A stretch of 64,000 nucleotides of DNA from Clostridia bacterium (GTDB lineage Bacteria; Bacillota; Clostridia; Oscillospirales; Acutalibacteraceae), in contig JAGAKX010000057.1 of the NCBI GenBank assembly GCA_017625435.1, positions 35,558 to 99,557 on the forward strand, read 5' to 3'. Made by a program: the position numbers and the translations under genes. The notes under the pieces are model-generated. The model did no database searches and was not told the DNA's origin. It saw only the letters and a program-made list of their open reading frames with translations. This document shows, one piece after another, positions 17,942-25,263 of this stretch. Positions within the stretch are counted from its first letter, which is position 1; each line of letters begins with the position of its first letter.

Positions 17942-19570
17942 TCAGATTTTAACTGTATCCTCAAGATTCTCCATCATTTCGAGAATCTCTTCATTTACAG
18001 TCTGCTCCTTAGCAAGTAAGGCACGTCTCTCATTAAGAGCTATGTACATTTTTTCACGCTTTTCACCCACAAGGTCATAGAAGAAATAAGGAATTACCTT
18101 AATCACCTTGGGGAAAAGACCGATTCCGACGAAAAGGAAAAATACCTTCTGATAAATAGTTGAACTGCCCTGAGACCAGGGAAGCATAGGAATTGTAGGG
18201 TCATATCCGCTCCACTTGAATAGGAATATAGTAAACGCAGCATTGACGGGAGCCGTAACCTTGGTTACAAGGTCTGTGAGAATATTAATTGTGCCGTCAG
18301 GTCTTTCACCCGTAACGTACTCTGTATAGTCGTTGATTTCACGGGCAACCTCATCCTCAAATACATTGGCAGGACCGTTATTTATACCGTTAAGGCCGTG
18401 GAATATAGCATAGATTGCAACCATAATCCACTTACAGTTTTTGCTGAATTTTTTGATAACGGGAAGACCGCAGGCGAGCATACCTGCCGCCGCAACCATA
18501 TCCCAGAGGCGAAGGGTTATGAGAGCATTTTTGTTGTTATCCTTAAAAATGCTTCTGAATTTCGGAATAAGAGCAGCAGAGGGCATATCAAAGGCATTAT
18601 AAAGAAAATATGCCAGGAAGGAATTTATGGAACCGCCGAAAATTTCCTGCTGAGTAACAACATCCCAGGAATATCCTCCGTCACTCCACCAGGATGTTAC
18701 AAAATTCGTAACGAAATTTCTGAGAGCATACTTGTTTTTCAGCACATAGAACATTGTCTTTGTAATGGGTGCGGGCTTCGGCTGAAGGGCAATTCTTTCC
18801 TGACAGCCTATTGCCATACCTATATTACCCACAGCACCGACAGCACAGGAAACTGTAGCAAGAGCCGCAAAAACAACGGACATAGGAAGATTTATAAAGC
18901 CTTTGTTGTTAAGCTCCATAAGGGGCGGGAAAATTGTATAAACACCCTGAGATGCAGCTTCACCTATATAAGTCTTGAGAAGGCCTACGGTGATTCTGTC
19001 CTGAGGATTTGCAGTCTGAAGGGACAGAAGATTGTTTCTGGGGATATTATATATAGTTGAGAAGGTCTCCTGAATAAAGAGCATTGTAAAAACAAAAATA
19101 ATCTTTCTCGGGTCGTCGCCTGCAGTATCACCAAGGAAAAGAGCACCCGAATACAGGAGGAATGTACTTGCGAAATACGGAATAGCACCGAAAACTATAT
19201 ACGGTCTTGCCTTACCCCAACGGGTACGGGTTCTGTCATAAATCGCACCCATAAGAGGATTATTAAGCATATCGTAAATACTTATAAGGGAAAGTATAAC
19301 GGTTACATATACCATATCTATTTTGAGAACATTTACAAAATAGAGGGTTCTGTAAACATCAACGCCCTTAAGAAGCTTTGTTGCGAACTCGCCTATGGCA
19401 GGAAGGAACATTTCCTTTGGGGTCAGAACGTTCGTATGGAACATTTTTATTGCAAGCCTGCTGTACTTGACTTTCTGTTCATCGCGAAGTGATGCAGCTG
19501 AATTATTTTCTGCCGTAAACACACCCTGAACGATATCTTTTACACTTTTGTTGCCGGTATTTTCATTCAT
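17942..19570 (-). CDS. MFS transporter, glycoside-pentoside-hexuronide (GPH) cation symporter family
   Basis: 542 aa and polytopic. DRTRTRWGKARPY loop motif characteristic of GPH. ATGA start/stop overlap with the upstream gene. Confidence 0.85.
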   Translation of the reverse strand: MNENTGNKSVKDIVQGVFTAENNSAASLRDEQKVKYSRLAIKMFHTNVLTPKEMFLPAIGEFATKLLKGVDVYRTLYFVNVLKIDMVYVTVILSLISIYDMLNNPLMGAIYDRTRTRWGKARPYIVFGAIPYFASTFLLYSGALFLGDTAGDDPRKIIFVFTMLFIQETFSTIYNIPRNNLLSLQTANPQDRITVGLLKTYIGEAASQGVYTIFPPLMELNNKGFINLPMSVVFAALATVSCAVGAVGNIGMAIGCQERIALQPKPAPITKTMFYVLKNKYALRNFVTNFVTSWWSDGGYSWDVVTQQEIFGGSINSFLAYFLYNAFDMPSAALIPKFRSIFKDNNKNALITLRLWDMVAAAGMLACGLPVIKKFSKNCKWIMVAIYAIFHGLNGINNGPANVFEDEVAREINDYTEYVTGERPDGTINILTDLVTKVTAPVNAAFTIFLFKWSGYDPTIPMLPWSQGSSTIYQKVFFLFVGIGLFPKVIKVIPYFFYDLVGEKREKMYIALNERRALLAKEQTVNEEILEMMENLEDTVKI

Positions 19571-21015
19571 TCAACTGTCACCTCACAAGTCGATCTGAAA
19601 TATCCGTCGTCGGAAAGAGCATAAACAATAACTGTGCCTTCGCCTACAGCCGAAACAACACCGTATTCATCAACAACAGCAACGGCCTCATTTTCGGAGT
19701 ACCATTTAACAGTCTGAATTGTTGCCTTTTTAGGTGAAATTTTAGTGCTGAGCTCAAAGGTCTCTCCGATTTCAAGACTGATATTCTTTTTGCTCATTTT
19801 CATTGATTCTACGGGAGTTTTTACCTTAACAAGGCAGGTATCGGAGTAGGTTTTTCCGAGATATTCATAGCTAGCCGTAATAACTGCCTCACCGGTTTTT
19901 TCGGAAGTATCTATATAACCGTCAGCATCAACCGTTGCAATGCTTTCGTCGGAAGAGACCCAGGATACCGTCATTGCGAGAGGGTCCTCACAGGTAAGGG
20001 TTGCAAGAAGATTATCTGTGGATTTCGGCTCTATTTCAACAAGCTCCTTATTAAGTGTGAGAGCCGGCCAGGTAAAGGAGAAATTCTTATACTCATTCAT
20101 TGAAAAGCCGACTGAACAGGAACCGAGGTCCTTATACCTTCCCAGGAAGGTAACGTCAGCATTTACATCAATTCCCTTGACATATCTGAGATAAGAAATT
20201 TCATCGGTAAGTCTGTTGACCTTGAAATAAATCTTAAAGGAGTTATAAGAAATTTCACTTTTATCAAAACCGATTAATTTAAGAGAATCAGCAGAAGCAC
20301 CACGGTAACCGTCATTAATCAAGCCGTCAGATATTTCAGATGTCAAAGCATTTATCTCATCCTCTGTTCTTACGGGGAAATTAGCTTCAAAGGCCTCCGG
20401 GGCAGTATCAATAATGTCGGGGCTGAATGAAAGCTCAATCTCATATTCGGGGCGGTATTTTTTGTAATACTCTCTCTCAGAGCCGCAGGGCTCACAGGAG
20501 GAAAGCTGTTCATTATTTGTAATACCGCAGGACGGGCACTCATAATAAATGTAATTGCAGGAAAACTCTGAAACAATTAATCCTTCAAGAGACGGCACAC
20601 GAAGAAGCGACGAAATATCTTCACCGAAATTAACAGATGTCAGCTTACCTTCTGTATCTTCAACTGAAGAAATATGGTCCTCGAAGCCGTCCATTGCAAA
20701 AAGAAGTGTTGATTTGAAGGTATCGGAGCCGTCAGTTTCGAGAGATGAAGAGTCAACGGAAAAATTATCATCCGAAGAAAGCTTCGGCTTTTCTGTGAGT
20801 GCCTTATTTATGACGTAATCAAGATATTTTACGGCATCCTCTGCGGTTTCGGGGGCCGCAGAAATGCCCTCCTTAATATCATTCGGAGGAAACGTTCCCT
20901 CCATTGAGCGCACACGGTCAAGTCCTATCCAGAATCCGCCTACAAAGAAGAAAATAAGTATTGCCGTTACAGCAACGGAAAAGAGCTTTTGTTTATCAAA
21001 TTTCTTTTCAACCAT
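19567..21015 (-). CDS. Membrane-anchored extracytoplasmic protein with an unassigned Cys4-containing domain and two C-terminal Big_2 (bacterial Ig-like) domains
   Basis: N-terminal TM LFSVAVTAILIFFFVGGFWIGL. CPSC-x13-CEPC motif. Two Big_2-like repeats (...TVSWVSSDESIATVDADGYI... and ...VKWYSENEAVAVVDEYGVVSA...). ATG at 21015 preceded by GGAGG. Confidence 0.7.
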   Translation of the reverse strand: MVEKKFDKQKLFSVAVTAILIFFFVGGFWIGLDRVRSMEGTFPPNDIKEGISAAPETAEDAVKYLDYVINKALTEKPKLSSDDNFSVDSSSLETDGSDTFKSTLLFAMDGFEDHISSVEDTEGKLTSVNFGEDISSLLRVPSLEGLIVSEFSCNYIYYECPSCGITNNEQLSSCEPCGSEREYYKKYRPEYEIELSFSPDIIDTAPEAFEANFPVRTEDEINALTSEISDGLINDGYRGASADSLKLIGFDKSEISYNSFKIYFKVNRLTDEISYLRYVKGIDVNADVTFLGRYKDLGSCSVGFSMNEYKNFSFTWPALTLNKELVEIEPKSTDNLLATLTCEDPLAMTVSWVSSDESIATVDADGYIDTSEKTGEAVITASYEYLGKTYSDTCLVKVKTPVESMKMSKKNISLEIGETFELSTKISPKKATIQTVKWYSENEAVAVVDEYGVVSAVGEGTVIVYALSDDGYFRSTCEVTVE

Positions 21016-21892
21016 CTGCACTTACCTCCCCTTTGAATTTTTCATAGAAAGCCAATTCTTCCTTGGCTATTTCTTCATCAATCCTTCTTGTAGCCTCAGT
21101 TTCAACAACAGGCTGCGGAAGGTCGTCAATATTGATTCTTCCTGCCTTTACTTCCTTGTAAATTCTTACTCTTTCCTCAACGCCCTCATCATAAACGGGA
21201 TGAATACCTTTTTTCCAGAGGAGAAGATTTACGGTAAAAACACAGCAGAACATCAAAGTGGTAACAAAAAGACCAAATCCGAAGCTGCCGGATAATATAA
21301 GTGAAGAGGCAGCAGAAGAATTAAATATACCTATAAGCACCAGGGTTACTGCGGAAGCAATTATTCCGAGGCCTGCAGTAACGGTTGTGATTTTCTGCAT
21401 ATTCTTAATGCTTATGAATCCGAACAAGGAGAAAAGAAGACAAAAAACGGCGAAAAGTGCTGTAGCAACGAAGCCGAAAAGTGCATTTCTGAGAGCCGAA
21501 AATGCTTCACCTTCAACGGCAGAGGAGCACATTTCAAAGATATAATTTAGTGAACCGCCCGTTACGATATTTACAATTCCTAAAATGCCGAAATGAGCTT
21601 TACTTGAAACAAAGGGTAAGGAAATCGCAATATTTCCCGAGGGAATAAGAAGAGAAAGAACAGGAAGCAGCATTACAATAAGCTTCGCGGTAACAAGCCT
21701 TGAGCCGGAAAACGAATACTTAAGATTTCTCAGCTTTACCTTCAGTCCTGCCTGTGAAAGCTCAGCCATTTTAGCTTCTCTCACAAAGTTTTCCTCAAAA
21801 TTGTAAAAGCGCATATTAACTGAGCATCCGGGACAGAACTGACTGACATCCGTAATTCTCAGCTTTCTGCCGCACTTGGGACATTTTGCCAT
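21008..21892 (-). CDS. Zinc-ribbon membrane protein, function unknown (paralogue of 27615-28421)
   Basis: MAKCPKCGRKLRITDVSQFCPGCSVNMRFY (CPxC-x11-CPxC), then an amphipathic segment and about 4 TM helices. ATG at 21892 preceded by GAAGGAGG, which overlaps the upstream stop. Confidence 0.65.
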   Translation of the reverse strand: MAKCPKCGRKLRITDVSQFCPGCSVNMRFYNFEENFVREAKMAELSQAGLKVKLRNLKYSFSGSRLVTAKLIVMLLPVLSLLIPSGNIAISLPFVSSKAHFGILGIVNIVTGGSLNYIFEMCSSAVEGEAFSALRNALFGFVATALFAVFCLLFSLFGFISIKNMQKITTVTAGLGIIASAVTLVLIGIFNSSAASSLILSGSFGFGLFVTTLMFCCVFTVNLLLWKKGIHPVYDEGVEERVRIYKEVKAGRINIDDLPQPVVETEATRRIDEEIAKEELAFYEKFKGEVSADG

Positions 21893-21905
21893 AAAAAGGC
21901 CTCCT

Positions 21906-22562
21906 TCAGAAATTAAGTAAAGGGTCCACACCCAGATGACCCGTGTAATTTGCAAATGAAAGCTTAGGGATATTGCCTTTTCTGAAAATAACTCTTGTAA
22001 CAGAGCAGTTATCAACCTGCCAGCAGAAGGTCTCGGGAAGAGAAATCCCCAGCGCCTCGCGGATAAGATAACCGAAATATGAGCCGTGGGTCACAACCAT
22101 AATGTGCTCTCCGTCACCGGCAGTACTGAAAAAATAATCCATACATCTTTTCGCACGGTGTACTCTTTCATTGGTATCTTCTTTTCCGAGAAGAAGCGGT
22201 CCGCCCGTAGGACTGGGCTCATTGCAGGGAACGGCAAGGGGAAAATCACGCTGAAGCCTATGGGGCTCGGTGCCTGCAATTTCCGTGTTGATTTCCATTA
22301 GGTCGGAAAGAAGAACGATTCTCTTATTAAGCCGTTCTGCTGTCGGATAAGCCGTTTGCACAGCTCTTATGAGAGTGCTTGAAAATACTCTGTCAACGCC
22401 CGAAAGCAGACCGCTTACTGCCAGCTTTTCAGCCTGAAGGAGTCCTTCGGGACTAAGGGGCGGGTCATCCTTCTGATACTCGTGCTCGTAGGGTATGCCT
22501 GCATTTCCGCAGGACTCGGCGTGACGTACAAAGGAAATTACAAAATCAATTTTAATGTTCAT
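21906..22562 (-). CDS. Histidine phosphatase family protein (phosphoglycerate-mutase-like)
   Basis: FVRHAESCGN (RHG-type motif) and VVTHGSYF. ATG at 22562 preceded by AGGTGG; the track start at 22571 is GTG. Confidence 0.8.
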   Translation of the reverse strand: MNIKIDFVISFVRHAESCGNAGIPYEHEYQKDDPPLSPEGLLQAEKLAVSGLLSGVDRVFSSTLIRAVQTAYPTAERLNKRIVLLSDLMEINTEIAGTEPHRLQRDFPLAVPCNEPSPTGGPLLLGKEDTNERVHRAKRCMDYFFSTAGDGEHIMVVTHGSYFGYLIREALGISLPETFCWQVDNCSVTRVIFRKGNIPKLSFANYTGHLGVDPLLNF

Positions 22563-22603
22563 AATTCCCACCTTTATAATATCATTCTCTTACATAAAAT
22601 TCT

Positions 22604-22631
22604 ATCATAACTGAACCGCCATTACAAGCAA
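22604..22631 (-). promoter_or_regulatory. Candidate sigma-A promoter of the 8-gene sugar operon
   Basis: Minus strand TTGCTT-16 nt-TATGAT; about 40 nt upstream of the ATG at 22562. Weaker match than the others. Confidence 0.35.
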
Positions 22632-22777
22632 AATATACAAATTAATTAAAATTTGCATAAACAATTTAAAAATTTTGTTAATATAATCAACAAATTCTTC
22701 AAAATTTCCCAAAAACTATAGCATTTTCTTTCAGAATGATATATTATTCAATTAGAAAAATCCGAGGAGGCTTTGTT

Positions 22778-24958
22778 ATGGCTTTTGTAAGAGATAAAAA
22801 AGAGGAGCGCACGGGCTTTCAGTCAAGCTCCCCTTTGCTTAAAAATATTGATAATCGCTGTGACTTTGTTATGGTGTACGGTCTTAATGACACATCAGCC
22901 GACAGAATCAGAGCGCACAAGGATGCAGGCTATGTCATTCACTTTATGACAGGTATTGCCTGGGGACATTATACTGATTATCTTTACGGTGAATATGACG
23001 GCACAAATCATTGGGACGAGGCTCAGCAGGACCGCTTCGGAAATCTTATTGTTCACGGCAAGGATGTTCCTTATATGGTACCGACTGTTGCATTTGCCGA
23101 TTATCTGAGTATTAAGCTTCGTGCAATAGTTGATGCAGGTGCTGAGGCTATTCACGTAGAAGAGCCCGAATTCTGGGACAGAGGAGGCTACTCCCCTGCC
23201 TTTAAGCGAGAATATGAATTATACTACAAAGAACCCTGGACGGCACCCCACGAAAGCGTTGATGCGAAATACAAAAGCGGAAAGCTGAAGGCATATCTCT
23301 ATACAAGAACTATTGACAGAGTTTCCTCTTCCCTTAAAGAGTATGCTAAAGTAAAATACGGCAGAGACCTTCGTTTTTATGTTCCGACGCACTCTCTTAT
23401 TAATTATACACAATGGAAAATTGTAAGCCCCGAGGGAAAGCTTTCAGATATTCCCGGTGTTGACGGATGCATTGCACAGGTTTGGACGGGTACCGCACGG
23501 GAAGAAAACTGGTTTGACGGAGTATTCCGTGAAAGAACATTTGAAACTGCATATCTTGAATACGGTGTTATGCAGGAGCTTGTTAAGGGTACGGGAAGAA
23601 CAATGTGGTTTCTGCACGATCCTATTGAAGATAATCCCGTATTCGACTGGAATGACTACAGAAAGAATTATTTCTGCACGGTTGCAGCTTCGCTTTTGCA
23701 TCCGAAGGTAAATAAATATGAAATCTGTCCCTGGCCTAACCGCGTGTTTAATGACGCTTACCCGAAGGGCTCACCTGAGGCTGAATTAATACCCGAGGAT
23801 TACGAAACAATACTCAATAATACCTTCAATACCCTTGGAACACTTGAAGAAGCAAATGAGCCCCTGTTAAGAGTAGGAATTCTTGTGGGAGACTGTCAGT
23901 TATATCAGAGAGAATATCCCGACTGCTGTTTTACGGAGAAGGCAAAGGAAATTGTCGGTACCGTATTAAAAGATGACAAAGAGCTTATTGAAAGATTCAG
24001 AAACGAACTGTTTAACGGCTCGGAAGACAAGGAGCTTATGCTGAGATTTATGTCCTCAAACGCCTTCCCTGCCTTCTATTCCCTGGCCCTCCCCCTTCTT
24101 AAATACGGTATAGCCGTGCGTCCCGTGCTTCTTGACAATATGCGAAGATATGCAGGATATCTTAATGATTACGATATGCTTCTTATGAGCTACGAATATA
24201 TGAAGCCCGATTATCCCGATATCAATAATTCAATTGCTGCCTGGGTACGTGAAGGCGGACAGCTGATATATGCGGGTGACGGTACTGACCCCTTTAATGA
24301 TATTTCATCCTGGTGGACGGGAAAATATCCGGGTCCTGCCGAGCATCTTTTCTCTATGCTGGAAATTCCATTCGATGAAGATAAAGCAATATACAACTGC
24401 GGTAAAGGTACGGTATCTTACATAAAGAAAAATCCCTGTATTTTCTCTTATTCAAAAAACAATGCCGATATTTTAAGAGAGCTGTTCCTTGAAGCAGCAA
24501 GAAGAAAGGGGCACGAGCCGGAATTCTCTAATAATCTCGTAATCCAAAGAGGAAATTACATAATTGCATCTGTTATGGATGAGAGCATCAATGATGAGCC
24601 CTTAGTTTTCACGGGATTATTTGCAGATATGTTCTCTGCAGATTTTGAAATTACCACAGAAAAGGTACTGTACCCCGGTGACAGGGCTATGCTTCAGGAG
24701 CTTACAAAAGTAAAGGACTATGAAATTATAGGCTCGTCCGTAAGAGTGAATGAGGTTACTGTATATGATAATAAAGTCACTTTAAGAACCGAAGGTGCCG
24801 AAATGCGAAGGGCAAATCTGAGAATCAAGCTCCCGTTTGTTCCTGAGAAGGCAACAATTAACGGAAAAGAAGCAGACATTTCTTATGATACTCTCAGCAG
24901 GACTGCACTTATTACCTTCTGTAATGTAACAGGTGAACGAAAAATTATAATTGAATAA
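22778..24958 (+). CDS. Large cytoplasmic protein of unknown function (726 aa), possibly glycoside-hydrolase-like
   Basis: Long uninterrupted ORF. ATG at 22778 is 7 nt after GAGGAGG. No signal peptide or TM and no motif I can assign. Divergent from the sugar operon and convergent with GH36. Confidence 0.6.
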   Translation: MAFVRDKKEERTGFQSSSPLLKNIDNRCDFVMVYGLNDTSADRIRAHKDAGYVIHFMTGIAWGHYTDYLYGEYDGTNHWDEAQQDRFGNLIVHGKDVPYMVPTVAFADYLSIKLRAIVDAGAEAIHVEEPEFWDRGGYSPAFKREYELYYKEPWTAPHESVDAKYKSGKLKAYLYTRTIDRVSSSLKEYAKVKYGRDLRFYVPTHSLINYTQWKIVSPEGKLSDIPGVDGCIAQVWTGTAREENWFDGVFRERTFETAYLEYGVMQELVKGTGRTMWFLHDPIEDNPVFDWNDYRKNYFCTVAASLLHPKVNKYEICPWPNRVFNDAYPKGSPEAELIPEDYETILNNTFNTLGTLEEANEPLLRVGILVGDCQLYQREYPDCCFTEKAKEIVGTVLKDDKELIERFRNELFNGSEDKELMLRFMSSNAFPAFYSLALPLLKYGIAVRPVLLDNMRRYAGYLNDYDMLLMSYEYMKPDYPDINNSIAAWVREGGQLIYAGDGTDPFNDISSWWTGKYPGPAEHLFSMLEIPFDEDKAIYNCGKGTVSYIKKNPCIFSYSKNNADILRELFLEAARRKGHEPEFSNNLVIQRGNYIIASVMDESINDEPLVFTGLFADMFSADFEITTEKVLYPGDRAMLQELTKVKDYEIIGSSVRVNEVTVYDNKVTLRTEGAEMRRANLRIKLPFVPEKATINGKEADISYDTLSRTALITFCNVTGERKIIIE

Positions 24959-25142
24959 TCAAAAAAGTGGATGTAAAAAAAGCGAAGACCGCATAAAACT
25001 ATATAAAACACGGGGTTCTGCAGTAAACAAAAGCTGTCAGAACCCCAAAATATGCCCAAAATTTTAAAATCGATAAATTTTATGTTTTATGCTACGAACA
25101 AACCTCGCCGCTCGACGTACCTTTGTACGCCTTCGGGCAAAT

Positions 25143-25170
25143 AAAAAACAAGTCTGAAGTCTTGTTTTTT
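25143..25170. terminator. Bidirectional terminator-like hairpin in the convergent spacer
   Basis: AAAAAACAAG-N8-CTTGTTTTTT, so the A-run and T-run are part of the stem flanks. Confidence 0.45.
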
Positions 25171-25210
25171 ACTCGGTTTGTCCGTTCTTCATCGTTTTTT
25201 CCTATCCCCT

Positions 25211-25249
25211 TAAAAATGGGCTGTAAAAAACTTTCGTTTTTTTACAGCC
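25211..25249 (-). terminator. Intrinsic terminator of the GH36 alpha-galactosidase gene
   Basis: Minus strand GGCTGTAAAAAA-loop-TTTTTTACAGCC followed by CATTTTTAA; 15 nt after the stop. Confidence 0.6.
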
Positions 25250-25263
25250 TCACAAATTTTATC

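Noticed and set aside
21893-22015. N-terminal extensions in the ORF track (here 41 codons; also at 1937-1984, 17867-17914, 33337-33450, 47362-47448, 53793-53927 and others)
   Set aside because: The extensions begin at TTG or GTG codons without an RBS, overlap the preceding gene or a terminator, and are followed by an ATG with a good RBS that gives the family-typical N-terminus. Starts were trimmed accordingly.
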